Below are positions 12,452 to 27,852 of a DNA stretch of 64,000 nt, piece by piece. The DNA comes from Eledone cirrhosa (taxonomy: Eukaryota): contig OZ024742.1 of the NCBI GenBank assembly GCA_964016885.1, positions 201,004,001 through 201,068,000 on the forward strand, given 5' to 3'. The notes below the pieces were generated by a model. That model was not told the origin of the DNA. It made no database searches and saw nothing but the letters and a program-made list of their open reading frames with translations. The number at the start of each line of letters is the position of its first letter. Position 1 is the stretch's first letter. The position numbers and the translations under genes are program-made.

Positions 12452-15400
12452 ATGTTCTTCTGGTTTTATAATACACAAAGTTTTGCCAATAGAGAGAGAG
12501 TCGGTTTCTAACATAGACACAAGACGCTCTCATTGGAATTTACACATCAACTAGGTAGATATGTATGGATGCATGCATGCATGTGTAGTATGGATGTTAT
12601 TGTATGTGTGAATGTGTATGTTTTGAGTTGTATGTGTGCATGTGTATATGCTTTGTATCTGTACATGTGTATATGCAGTTATCAGATGCAACATTTTTGG
12701 AATGTTTTACATATTTTTACTGTTCAATTAATGGATTTTACTTGTATTTTCCTAACTAGTTGTGTTCTTTCTGTTCCTGTGAAGCCTAGCTTCTCAAGAT
12801 TTGTATTGAGGCAGTTACTAACATATCCCAGTGCCCCAATAATCACAGGCATAAATCTGAAGGTGTAATCAGGGTGGAGTATCTGCAGATTTCTCATCAG
12901 TTCTGCATAAATATTCTCCTTTTCACTAATCTTTGATATTATATTGGCATCTGCTGGGCAGCTAATTTCCACTACTGTGCATGTTTTATTCTCCCTATCC
13001 CATATCATAATATCTGGTCTGTTATGCCTGCATTTTATTGGGGTTTTTACTGGAACATTCCACCAGTACTCTTTCATATTATGTATATGGATGTCTTCCA
13101 CATTGTTGTAGCTTTTAATGTGTTTATTATCGGGGCTATCTTTTTTACGAACTGCATTGTAGAGTGTTTTGGCCACTACATCATGCCTCATAGGTAGATA
13201 GTACCGGGATGACATCTTTGGACAGCTGCTGATGACATGGGTGATATCCTCGATGTTAGTTCTGCAGAGTCTGCACTTGTTATCACATCTAGGTGTTTTG
13301 CCTGCATCCCTATCTCTTTTGTGAATCAGGTATTTTGTGCTAATCTCCTGTTCCTGCATTGCAAAAGCGTATCCTTCAAAGTGGGAGCCAATATAGCAGT
13401 TGTTGGTCCAAGATAGACTACTTTCTTTATCTATATTACTCTCAGCTTCCTGGCAGCATATTCATGCATGAATTTTTGCTGATAGACATGCAGTTTTTCA
13501 TCCATGGATTCACTGCGATACTGTTAAGCGACATCCCTGGGTGTGAGTTTTTGATTATCACAAAGGGAATATCTCTCAAGTAGTTGCTTCCCAACTCTCA
13601 TGATCTTATTTGTTTCATGCAGATAGACTTGTTCGAGAAACGGGCTCCTACGCTTCGAGGTTCGTAGATGTTTTCGGAGAGATATGATGCGACATTCAAA
13701 TGTTGTCTGGACTGATGTTAGGCCTCTGCCTCCCTGTTTACGTTTCAAGTAAAGGCGGTCTATATCACTGTTGATGTGGAAGTTTCCGGTGTTGTTCAGT
13801 ATTTTTCGAGTTCCAACATCAACTGCTCAGATTTCGTCTATCGTCCAATTGAGTATTCCAAACGTTGGTGTTAGGACAGGCACAGCAAACACATTGTGAG
13901 CCACTGTTTTGTTTTGCGCAGAGTTCCTATGACCAGATCTTTCTTAATCAGGTGTAGTATTCCCTGGTTACGCGTTCTTTATTACAGATACCATTATAGG
14001 ATATGTTCTCATCTATTCCCAGGTATCTGTAGCAGTACTCATCAGATATCGGTGAAACAGTTAGACCATTGATGACAATGTTGCTAGATTGGGTTGTTGT
14101 TTTTCCCCGCTTTACAGTCATGTATGAGCATTTATCTTGGTCAATCTCCATTCCTATATCCTTTGAGAACGTTGTAACCAGGTCAAGATTTTTTTTCATC
14201 CCATCCATGTTCTTGACATAGAGTTTCAGATCGTCCACAAAGAAATTATGGGTTAGGTTCGTATTTCTGTCCTCCTGTGAGCCAATGATGTATCCCTCAC
14301 ATTTCTTGAGCAGAAAGGACAAGGGGTTTAATGACAATATGAGCAATATCACAGAGAGACTGTCCCCCGAAATATACCCCTGCAATATTTTATTTTATCA
14401 GTGAAAATAGAGTCTTCCCTCTCTGTCTTTAACCTTAGGATAGTAGCCAAAGAAGAAGACAGCCTCTTTATGGCTCTGACAATAATGTCTGGGACTTTAG
14501 GAAGTTGGAGGGCCTCTATCATTCAAGAGTGGAGAACAGAATCGAAATCTTTCCTGTAGTCCAGCCAGACTGTAGCCATATTCCTCCTAAGCTGTCGCAC
14601 CTCCGACATCGCAGTTTTATTGATTAGGAGTTGTTCAGCACATCCCCAAACCTCTTTCTTTCCAGCTTCTTGTTCATCTGTGATGATGTCATTATTTTCA
14701 CAGTGATCTTGGAGGAATAGGTTCATGCAGGCTGTATACATCTTATACTACAGGTTCTGGCATGCAATGGGGCGGTAGTGTTTTGCCAAGTGGGTGTCTT
14801 TGTTGTTGGGGACCAGTAACGTTTCTGCTAATGTCAACAATTCTAGTATAAGTGTATCTCCCTTAAGAACTTGTTGGTAGAGGTCAGTAAGATACCTCCG
14901 ATAGAATATTAGTTTTGTGTACCAGTAGCCGACAATTATGTCTCTTCCTAGTGCTTTCTTATCTTGGAGTTTTCCTATCACAGTCTCAAGTGTACCCTCA
15001 CTTATTTCGTATGTTTTTGTTGTAGTGTAGGAGCAATAGTTCTTTCGGATTTCTCTTCGCCACACTGCATCTTGGTTGAAATTCTTCTTTTCACCCCATA
15101 TTTTTCTCCAAAAGGAATCTATGTCTTTCTTATTTTGCCCTTCATATCTCTATAGACTGATGTTTGGTTTCGTCTGAATCTTTTATTAAGCACTTTATGA
15201 CTTGTTCTTCTTTTTGGTAAATATCATATTGGTTAAGAGTGTGGGACTGGCTTTGTGCAGTGCCTTTGCTCACTATAAAAGCTTCACGGCACAGGCATTG
15301 CTTTATATCTGTAGATCTCTCTGCACTTGTCGTCACATGGTACCATGAGCCCAGCACTATGTGTCAATAATTGTCACAAGTGTAGTGTGTTTACCAGAGT

Positions 15401-15461
15401 TTTCAAGTCGCTGGCTGGACTAAAAAGTAGTGGCCGTACTCGAAAACGAGTTGGCAGCCAC
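12452..15461 (-). mobile_element. R4/Dong-clade non-LTR retrotransposon (RT + CCHC + restriction-like endonuclease), degenerate
   Basis: HYRPIACQNL, GCAEQLLIN..WLDYRKDFDSV, GDSLSVILLILSLNPLS, HNFFVDDLKLY, YRYLGI, KRKQGGRGL, CRLCRTNIEDITHVISSC..RHD, RPDIMIWD..VVEISCP; several frameshifts; flanked by (TATG)n/CATG repeats. Confidence 0.92.
12724..13359 (-). pseudogene. CCHC zinc knuckle + RLE domain of the R4-type element
   Basis: ORF 12724-13359: C-x2-C...H-x4-C, RHD and PD...E-x-S/K-like catalytic motif. Confidence 0.9.
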
Positions 15462-15478
15462 CATGTATGCATGTATGT

Positions 15479-16140
15479 GTGTATGTTCTTCTGGTTTTTA
15501 ATTTCACAAATGTTTGCCAATAGAGAGAGAGTCAGTTTCTAACATAGACTCAAGACTCTCTCATTGGAATTTACACATCAACTAGGTAGATATGTATGTA
15601 TGCATGCATGTGTAGATATGGATGCTATTGTATGTGGGGATGTGTATGTTTTGAGGTCTATGTGTGCATGTGTAGATGCTTTGCATCTGTAAATGTGTAT
15701 ATGCAGTTATCAGATGCAACATTTTTGGAATGTTTTACATATTTTTACATATTTTTACTGGTCAATTAATGGATTGTACTTGTAATTCCCTAACTAGTTG
15801 TGTTCTTTCTGTTCCTGTGAAGCCTAGCTTCTCAAGATTTGTATTGAGGCAGTTACTAACATACCCCAGTGCCCCCAATAATCACAGGCATAAATCTGAA
15901 GGTGTAGTCAGGGTGGAGTATCTGCAGATTTCTCATCAGTTCTGCATAAATATTCTCCTTTTCACTAATCTTTGATATTATATTGGCATCTGCTGGGCAG
16001 CTAATTTCCACTACTGTGCATGCTTTCTCTCCCCGTCCCATATCATAATATCTGGTCTGTTATGCCTGCATTTTATTGGGGTTTTTACTGGATCATTCCA
16101 CCAGTATTCTTTCATATTATGTAAATGGATGTCTTCCACA
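15479..16140 (-). mobile_element. Second, 5'-truncated copy of the same R4-type element, in tandem
   Basis: Highly similar to ~12452-13103; flanked by catgtatgcatgtatgt at 15462-15478 and 16139-16155 (candidate TSD). Confidence 0.9.
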
Positions 16141-16179
16141 TGTATGCATGTATGTATATATATATATATATATATATAT

Positions 16180-17150
16180 AATCATCATCGTTTAACGTCG
16201 ATCTTCCACGCTAGCATTGGTTGGACGGTTTTGTCCCACTTGAGGCGAGATTGGTCAGGAGACTGTGTCTCGCTCGTACAGAACTGTTTCTGGCAGGTTT
16301 TCTACGGCTGGATGTCCTTCTTTACACCAACCACATTTACAGTGTGGAATGGGTGTTTTTTGTCGTGTCACCTACACGACCACTTTGCACTGGACGGAAA
16401 TGGGAGGATGGAGTATGGGATGTAGGGTGAGGTGTATATTGGTCTAAGAGTTGCCTACTGGCCGCATGTTTAAGTTTGTATGCAAGGGAAAGCGGGTCTT
16501 CTGTATAACTGCATAGCGCCAAAGATCTCATTCCAGTGACATTGTCTTAGAGAGGTGTAAGTGAACAAGGTCAATTTTTATCATCTCGTCCCAGGTTTTT
16601 CTTGGTCTTCGCACTCCGTAGCTTCCATCAATTTTGATCGCTCTGCTCTTTTTTATACAGCTGCTGTCCTTCATACATATCACATGTCCATACCAACGCA
16701 ATCTTTTCTCCTGCACACAACATTTGATACCTCTTATGTTAAGTCTTTTTCTCAATTCGTTTATGCATTGCCGTTCGTTTACATTACTATTTCACCTCCA
16801 TCAGAGCATCCAAGCTTCGTTTCTTTCTAATCTAGAAAAGTCTTCTGCACACAATGCCCATGTCTCACTACCATGTAATTTTGCCGCTCGTATACAAGCA
16901 TCATACAGTCTAACATTCTTAAAGAAAAACCCTTTGTGGCCAACAGCGGTATTAGCGTTTGAACTTATTCATCCCGTTCTAACTCTGGATATTGTACTTT
17001 CAGAACACCCTCCTCCACTGCTGATGTTATCACCTAGGTAACAGAAAGTGTCTACTATTTCTATAGAACCATCTGGGCAGTTGAAGGAGATAGTATCCAG
17101 TGGGCTCTTGGTAGTTACTATACCTTGAGCACCGGTCACATATAAAATCT
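16180..17150 (-). mobile_element. RTE-clade LINE 3' fragment with RTE-type tail
   Basis: TFCYLGDNISSGGGC..., LHGSETWAL, RLRWYGHV...RRPRKTWDEMIKIDL; minus-strand end ...gacgttaaacgatgatgat at 16180. Confidence 0.8.
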
Positions 17151-17344
17151 ACATTCTTAGATAGCTTACCTGTGATCCCACTACATCTTCTATGTACCCA
17201 TAATTTGTGTGAGTAGATATAGATATATATATGTACCCATAGTGTGTGTGTGTATATATATGTATATGTGCATACATATATATATATACATATACATCAT
17301 GCACACATACACACGTGTGTGCACGTATGTGTTTGTGCGTGTGT

Positions 17345-17590
17345 TGGACAATCGTTGCTTTCGTTGAGGAGTGCTCTATAAGGTGCAATCAACAGAACAG
17401 CCTGATCATGAAATTAACGTGCAAGTGACTTAACATTCTCCAGACATGTGCACTGAACTTAGTCTTAGGATGATTCCTTGTGAAACAATGCGTGTCAATG
17501 CTGGGCACTTGATTGACTGGAGTGACGTAAAATAAAATGACCTTATGATTGTAAGCCCAGCTCTGTCATCACTAAGCCTTGCGCCTTCAC
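17345..17590 (-). mobile_element. SINE, second family (also ~49430-49690 + and ~56205-56470 +)
   Basis: Diverged shared blocks (..cacgttaatttcatgatcaggctgttc..gattg..) across three loci; B-box-like ggtttcgatctc at ~56252. Confidence 0.45.
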
Positions 17591-17597
17591 ACACATA

Positions 17598-17651
<54 letters not shown>

Positions 17652-17689
17652 TACACACACTAAGTCTCTCTCTCACACACACGCCCACA

Positions 17690-17740
<51 letters not shown>

Positions 17741-19476
17741 ACTCTCTCTCACTCACACACACAAATGCCTATATGTGTGTACAAGATTTCAAATAATTCA
17801 AATAAGCATAATCTCCCCCCCCCCCAAAAAAAAAATATTCCTGAATATTACTCTATTCAAAAACCTTGAAACATATTTGTGTTTACTTCACGAACTTAAA
17901 GAAAAAAATCACAAATTCTTTATAATCTGTTAGTAAACTCATTAAAAAATTATTCAGATTAAGTTTCATCTTTATTTGGATACTTATAGGAGAACTACCT
18001 TTTCTGTCTACGAAATCACTGATAACTTACAGCTATGATATCGAATTCAAATTAGGATTCAGATAAAACAGACCATTTGTTAGAAAAATGATATTAGTTA
18101 CCGTCACACTGAGGAGAAAATGAAATATTTGTAAGTGTCTGTCTAGGATTAAAGATGAAATTAATGCTAAATGTTAAATTAATTCATTTAAAATAAACAC
18201 AGTAAACAAATATTGTTGCTTATAATTATTGTTAATTGTTTTACCAGAAAGCGAGAGGATAGACCAACCAATAGACTCTATTTTACAACGAATAGACAAT
18301 TAGAATTGTTTTTATATTAAATACATTTTCTCTTTAAATTTATTAATTTTAGATTTTCGAAATTCTCGTTCTTTTCTTTATAAATTCCTTTGGATTTTTA
18401 TGAAGCCGTGGGTGACCAGAAATCTTTCTCCCAACATTATCACAAAATTTGTCACAATCTTGCTCGCAAAGTGGGCTCATTTATGCCATGTCTTCCACAG
18501 TCTTCAACCTTTCTGCTTCTGTCTTCCACGTAAGAGAGGCTTTCACTGGTCTCTTTGTTGGCATGCATAGCGCGTGCTACGCATCTTTAATCGTCTAACT
18601 ATTATGTTATACCCGAGATTATACCTAAACGTGAACCTTTTTGTCACCTCTTCATTTGTGATCTGCTCATGTCAAGAAATTCTAAGTATAGTCTTAAGGT
18701 AAATAACATCGCATAATTACCTTCAATTTTAAGCTTTTCAGAATCGAACCCGTTCTAGTGTTCCACAAAGCTTGTGATATATCTTACTTGAATGGTTCAA
18801 TATCCTGCCAAAAATTATTCTAAAGTCCCTGAAGTGTTTGGGACTTGTAAATAAATATATCTAAAGGGTAATTTACTTTACCTTTTTAATTAAAAACTGT
18901 TATATAGTTAAAAAAACGGAGACCATCTTTGGCGCCAGCCTGTATTTGTGGTATTACTAAATTAGTTGAAGACTGACATGTCCTATATTAGTTGCGACAT
19001 TGATTGTTTTATTAACATATAGTCCATATGTAAAGTTAAAAGACAAATGGATATCCGTCGATTTCGACGATGTTTCAGCTGACCTACACGTGAAATTATA
19101 CACACATGTACGGAGACAAATTATATACGTGAAGGCCACACGCACTAACAAATCACACGCACACAAAGACACACACACGTACACACAGATATACACATAC
19201 ACACTTGCTTCTCACACACTTCTACACTACTACATATTATCACACTACTGTTACAGAAAGAAATACTACAGTCAATAAAGATATAAAAATATCCTTAAGC
19301 TTTCTCTCTCACAACAATGTACTTTCAACATTTTCAATTATGACAAAAACTATCAAATTTCTTCCACTTTTTCCTTATCGTACGACGTCTCTCTCCTCTC
19401 CCATGACGAATCTTCTTCTTCTTCTGTTTCTATCTTTCACTTGATAGGTTGACATCTTCCTAATGTCCTCCTCTGC

Positions 19477-19477
<1 letters not shown>

Positions 19478-19530
<53 letters not shown>

Positions 19531-19582
19531 TTGCTACTACTACTACTACTATTGCTGCTGTTGCTGTTGCTACTACTATTAT

Positions 19583-19626
<44 letters not shown>

Positions 19627-19627
19627 G

Positions 19628-19726
<99 letters not shown>
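19478..19726. repeat. (CTA)n/(CTG)n trinucleotide microsatellite
   Basis: Direct reading. Confidence 0.95.
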
Positions 19727-20216
19727 CCTATTCCTCGACTTCCACTTCCTCCACTTCTTCTCCCTCCTCATCCTCCATTCTTCCCCTTCATACCAACCTC
19801 CTCCTCCGCCTCAAGACTCGATCTACCTGGTACACCTTCTTTATCGTTTTCTCTATTTAACATTTATCTTACTCTCTCTCTATATATGTATGTATATCTT
19901 TACTTTGCTTTTATTAGTCTCTACCTTCCTTTATCTTTGCCTCGCTGTTTCAGTCCCAACATGTCAGTCTCTCTCTCTTAATTCCTCTCCTCATTCTCTC
20001 TCTTTATTTGATCCACACACACACACACACACGCACACACACACACACGCGCGCACACACACACACGCACACACACACACACACACACAGCCGCATATAT
20101 ATATACATATATATATATATACACATATAAATATATATACGTATATATATATATATATAATACACAAAAAATGTATAATATACATACGTAATTGTATATG
20201 TATATGCATATATATA

Positions 20217-20272
<56 letters not shown>

Positions 20273-20374
20273 AATATATATATTTATATATATGTAAATA
20301 TATATATGTATATATATGTAAATATATATATGTATATATATGTATACATTTGTGAATATATATGTGTACATATG

Positions 20375-20426
<52 letters not shown>

Positions 20427-20908
20427 CGTGTGTGTGTCTGTGTGTAAATATATATATATATTTATATATATTTATATATATATGTTGCTGGCTGTGAGTG
20501 TGTATGGTAAAAGTGATTCCCTCCGATCCATTCCAACAACTCTCCCACCCTCTGACCCGTTCCTCTGTTATTGTTTTATATTTTATGTTTATACTACTAT
20601 ATACAAACATATAACTGGAATCTCTAAGGACTTGAAGAAGTATTTTTTTCGTTCTTGTTATTTTTTTTTCTGACGAAATTACATTTTACCTATATTGTAA
20701 TATAGTTTATTGTGTCTTTGGGCGTTACATTATATTTATCTGTTTATTCAGCATTTACTATCTCCAAGCTTCAATCGATATATCTAATCTTCCATCCACC
20801 CATCAATCAATCCAATATACTTGTTACCATACATCCACCTATCCTTCTAATTATCTAACCATCGAAATATACGTGCAACCATCTAACAATCCATGTATGC
20901 ATCCGTCT

Positions 20909-21001
<93 letters not shown>

Positions 21002-21011
21002 CATACATATA

Positions 21012-21045
<34 letters not shown>

Positions 21046-21049
21046 TGAA

Positions 21050-21561
<512 letters not shown>

Positions 21562-21606
21562 TATACATATATATATATACATATATATATATACATATAT
21601 ATATAT

Positions 21607-22936
<1,330 letters not shown>

Positions 22937-23386
22937 CATGCACATATCATCAACATCAGCAACAACATCTTCAACACCAACGATATGAACAGTTCATCAC
23001 AAAACACTAAATTAAATTTGTAAACCAAATAACTAGAGAATACAATGGAATCAAACTAATCTACTTTTCTCAAAGAACAACAAGAAAATAATAACATCTC
23101 CTTATAATATATAACCAGCAATTTCTCTGTCTGTCTGTCTGTCCGACAGTGGAAACACGTGCGCGCGTGGTTGCTATATCTCTCTCTCTCTCCAGCTATC
23201 CCTCTCTTTTAGTCTGTCTGTTTCTCTCACTCTCACTCTTTCTCTTTGTAACACACTAACATTCCTCCCCTCTATCGCTGTGACGAATGGGGAGATGGAT
23301 GAGGAGGAGGAAGAGAGAGTCACTTCGTCACTTCACCTCTGCCTTTCTTTGTCTCCCCTCTCACTCCCTCATTACGTACAGACATT

Positions 23387-23577
23387 AGGGCGGTGGATTG
23401 GCAGAATCTGTAGAGAGTCGGACACCATGCTTCATAGCATGGAGTTACGTCCCTTTACGGTCTGAGTTCAAATACCGCCGAGGTTAACTTTGCCTTTCAT
23501 CCTCACGGGGTCGATAAAATAAAGTACCAGTAATGTACTGGGTATTTGCTGGCCTTGTGCCAAAAGTAGAAACAATT
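23387..23577 (+). mobile_element. tRNA-type SINE (major family)
   Basis: ggcggtggattggcaga head, B-box-like gagttcaaatacc, central gcctttcatcc..ggggtcgataaaataaagtaccag domain, tail ggccttgtgccaaaagtagaaac; more than 15 copies in the window. Confidence 0.85.
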
Positions 23578-23694
23578 CTTAGAAACATTGCTTCATTTTT
23601 ACATATCTAAGCATTAGTAAAATAACTAATAATTTCAAAAGTAATTTTTCAATTCCAATTGTTATGAACAGCAAAACATTAATAATAATTTAGT

Positions 23695-23955
23695 TCTAAG
23701 AAATATATATACATTTCTGTGTGTGTAATATATATATATATACACACACAGAAATATATATACATTTCTGTGTGTGTAATATATATATATACACACAGAA
23801 ATATATATACATTTCTGTGTGTGTAATATATATCTATATATACACACATAGAAATATATATACATATATACACACAGAAATATATATACATTTCTGTGTG
23901 TGTAATATATATATATATATACAGACAGAAATATATATACATTTCTGTGTGTGTA

Positions 23956-23986
<31 letters not shown>

Positions 23987-24014
23987 GAAATATATATACA
24001 TTTCTGTGTGTGTA

Positions 24015-24045
<31 letters not shown>

Positions 24046-24055
24046 GAAATATATG
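23695..24055. repeat. ~50-60-bp palindromic minisatellite (~7 units)
   Basis: Unit (ca)n-cagaaat-atatatac-atttctg-(tg)n-taa(ta)n. Confidence 0.85.
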
Positions 24056-24561
24056 GGCATTTCTCTGTTTGTCTGTCTGTCTGTCCTTCCCTAAAACTCA
24101 AATGTAGGTGCTACATAAATATTACCTTCCCCTTCCTTTCTCCACTTTGGTACTACCAAGAGAAACACTGTCGCTATAGAAACATTACCTTCCCCTCTCC
24201 ACTGACTTTGGTCACTGAGGCCGAGGGAATCGCTGGTTGCTATAGAGACACCTTGCACAAGCCAGAAGTAACCAGTTCGAGGCGGTTCTGACTTGACACC
24301 ATGCCAAGGACCATTTGAAGATATATTTCCATCGTTATATCATAACGTTTATGTATCATAACGTTTATATTTCCGTCACTAATCTCTTTTTCTCCTTTTT
24401 CGTTTTAACATATATTTATTTCAAAGATTTCACCGTATAGATAACATATATATGTATACATGCATAAAAGACACACCGAGATGCGGTGAACATGTGGTGC
24501 TGAAAACATTTCACACTAGATTTGCTAGCAGAAAACCGCCCACCGGGTGGTTTTCTGCTAG

Positions 24562-25029
24562 TCTATATATCTAAAACAGAGAATGTCTGTCCGATCACTA
24601 AAACTCGAGAACCACCCAACCGATTGTTTGCAAACTTTACACATGTAGTACTTATGGTCCTGTGAATGTTTTGAGCAAAAACAATTACAAATTTTCAATG
24701 CCCTAGGGACCGCATTAGGCGATTTAGCGGTCTCTCTCTATAATTCTTAGTCTTTCTCTTTTTAGATAGATACATAGATTTAACATTGCGCCCTTATAAT
24801 ATCTGTCCGTATGCCTGGATGTCTGCATTACGACATTATGACGTAGCTGTGTGTGTGTGTGTGTATATGTATATATATATATATATATAGTGTATATATA
24901 TATATATATATAGTGTGTAACGTTTTTCGAAATATTTACTTCTGCGTTCACAGATTGATTTTTTATTTTAGTTTCAGAAGATCCAGTTAAGGGTGAAAGC
25001 AGCGATTCTTTGCTCATAGTTTAATCCGT

Positions 25030-25076
<47 letters not shown>

Positions 25077-25226
25077 TATATATATTCGTGTACAGATATT
25101 TTTGCATACACAATAACAAAATATAAACAAAAGTATTTATTTCAAGAGGCTCGATAAGGATAAATATATATAAAATATTTAAGAACCCTAGAGCAAATCC
25201 CGAGCAACGCCGGGCCATTCTGCTAG
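24562..25226 (+). mobile_element. Non-autonomous Helitron 2
   Basis: 5' TCtatatatctaaaac; 3' hairpin ccgagcaacgccgg then CTAG; an independent copy at 45982-46511 (-) sits in an A|T target. Confidence 0.8.
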
Positions 25227-25907
25227 TCTCTCTATATAAAACTGAGGTTATCTGTCTGTCTGTCTGTCTGCCTGTCTACTAAAACGGTCGGCACACATCT
25301 CCTCTTAAACCGTACGTTCAAATTTCGGTGAAATTGCTACACATATAGATGAAGGTCCGGCGGAGACATCGGTCAAACATTTTTCAAATCGACTCACGCC
25401 AAGTGCAAAAATCGAATTTGTAATGTATTGATTTTTCAGTTCAAATGTGTAAATAGAGATGAGAGACGAGTTATTTCCCTTTTAAGGCGTTATTTGTTTA
25501 TCCTATTTACGTTACGAATAAACTACGCGTACAAAAATACGCGAACAGTTTTCGGGCCAGCAACATTTTAACCTGCAAAATTCATGAGTTTGAAGTTTCA
25601 ACATTAAGCTTCCATTTTGCTTTATTTCCATTAAAAAGTATTTTAAAACAATATTTCAGCGCATCAGCCGAGGCAACGCTGCGAGTGTGCTGGCTTGCCT
25701 CAAAGTTAGAGAGGTTGCCCAGTACTCGCGACGTTGCTGACTTTTGCTTTGGTGTTGGCTCCGTTGTTCACCGCTTCCTTTGCATTTTCTTTAATATTGT
25801 AGTTTATGTATATATTTAAAATATATTTGTTATGTTATTCTACTGTAAATTTATTTATATGCTCTGTTTATACCCTCAACAATCTATGAAACTACATACA
25901 TTTGCAA

Positions 25908-25945
<38 letters not shown>

Positions 25946-26069
25946 CACACACACACATATACATATACATCTAAAGAGAGAAAGGGAGATGTAGAGAGAG
26001 AAGGAGTGAGATAGGTCGTTATACAGAGAGAGGTACAAGATAATCAGATAGATAGATAGATAGATAGTG

Positions 26070-26115
<46 letters not shown>

Positions 26116-26994
26116 TGGCGACGAACGCTGGTTCACACACACACAAACACATATATATATAAAGACAGAGAGAGAGAGAGATATCTGCGCGTTCTTTATT
26201 GTTCTCCATTCTGCAGGAGAAAGAGAGAGAGGGGGGTATGAGTGAGTGAGAGAGAGAGAGAGAGGGGGGTATGAGTGAGTGAGAGAGAGAGAGAGGGGGT
26301 ATGAGTGAGTGAGAGAGAGAGGGTATGATAAAAAAGGGAGAGGGGTTGAGAAAGAAAGAAAGTTAAAGTAAAGAATCGCTGCTTTCAACATTAACGGGAG
26401 CTTCTTAAACTAATAAATTCTATCTGTGGACGCAGAATTAAATATTTCGAGAAAGGTTACAACCGAAGGAAATCAGGAAGACGATATTTTGGTTCGTGAA
26501 GACGTTCCCTGGCAATGAACGGAAAAAAGCTAGGATAATACGTCGTTTTGTGGACTGAGAAGAACAATTTCATGCAAAGACAAGACCAGGTGTAAATGGA
26601 ATCGTTAGACTAATATTCTATTTAAAATAACCGAATGATTTCAAGCACCGGAGTTTAAGAATGATGTAAATAAAAATTGTAAACGAAAATGACAGAGGTT
26701 ATTAAAATAGTTGTTTCTACTTTTGGCACAAGGTCAGAAAATACCCAGTATATTATTGGTACTTTATTTTATCGACCCCGTAATGATGAAAGGCAAAGTT
26801 AACCTCGACGGGATTTTAACTTTGCCTTAAAATAGTAAAAGTAAATAGTGAAGATTTAGGCCAGTACATACGTATGCGCCGACGGAGATACACATACATA
26901 TACATACACACACACAAATACATACACACATACGCACACGCACACACACACACATACACACACATACACACACACACACAGACACACACGCACG

Positions 26995-27051
<57 letters not shown>

Positions 27052-27505
27052 CCGTGTGTTTGTGTAAACCTTATGCATTTCTACAGTATTTTCACCAAAC
27101 TTAACACAGAGGTTACTTATGTACCCCGGATGGTCATGGGCACTTTCATTTTTCCAGATATTGATTATAGGGCCTCCCGGCAGATAACTCCTTTTACCAC
27201 TTTAACCACTTCCTTGGAGTCGACTGAAGCACTGCAGTGCAATGCAACAAAACGTCATAACTTCTGGAGTTCGCAACCGATTTTCACAAAACTTGACAAA
27301 TGGGCTACGTTTGTTCTACAGATGAATGTGAACTCTCAGAATTGGCACATATTGGGTAGGGGACCCCTGGGGGGCAGGAACCTCCTTTTGAAAAAAGCCG
27401 ATGATTTTGTAAAAGTATAGTTTTCCAAGCAGCACTGAAGTATTGACATAAATGGTATACATAACTGGTATTTAATACCCGAGCAACGCCGGGTACCTCT
27501 GGTAG
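25227..27505 (+). mobile_element. Non-autonomous Helitron-like element 3 (composite)
   Basis: Starts TCtctctatataaaactgag..(CTGT)n directly after the previous CTAG; ends cccgagcaacgccggg...GTAG at 27505; internal boundaries uncertain. Confidence 0.5.
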
Positions 27506-27665
27506 TATACTATACAAAAGAAACAAAAATAATTCATACAAAAACACGACGTAAAAATTAAGAAAATAAGAAAACAATGTAATAAATATAATATATATGT
27601 TTATGTATATATGTATATATATATGTATATATATATGTATGTATATATATATGTATATATATATC

Positions 27666-27731
<66 letters not shown>

Positions 27732-27816
27732 GGAAAATTTGAACAGGAAAAAAAAAAGAGGCAGTACAACGAATGTTTATTAATTTCACGCTCTGGAGAG
27801 TGGGGTGGTGGTGGGG

Positions 27817-27852
27817 AACGACGTTTCGGGCATAAGCCCTTCCTCAGGTGAG
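27817..27852 (-). ncRNA. PLE-type minimal HHR-like motif
   Basis: CTGAGGA a-gggc-ttat-gccc GAAA cgtcg TT; stem I not evident. Confidence 0.45.

Larger units (their letters stand above)
23097..24561 (+). mobile_element. Non-autonomous Helitron-like element 1 (with nested SINE and minisatellite)
   Basis: A|TC start at 23097 followed by (CTGT)n; ends in a hairpin + CTAG at 24561. Confidence 0.55.

Noticed and set aside
18405-18566. Possible host exon or pogo HTH fragment (MPTKRPVK.. / GINEPTLRARL)
   Set aside because: Short, frameshifted, no convincing splice sites or TIRs; unsupported without a search.
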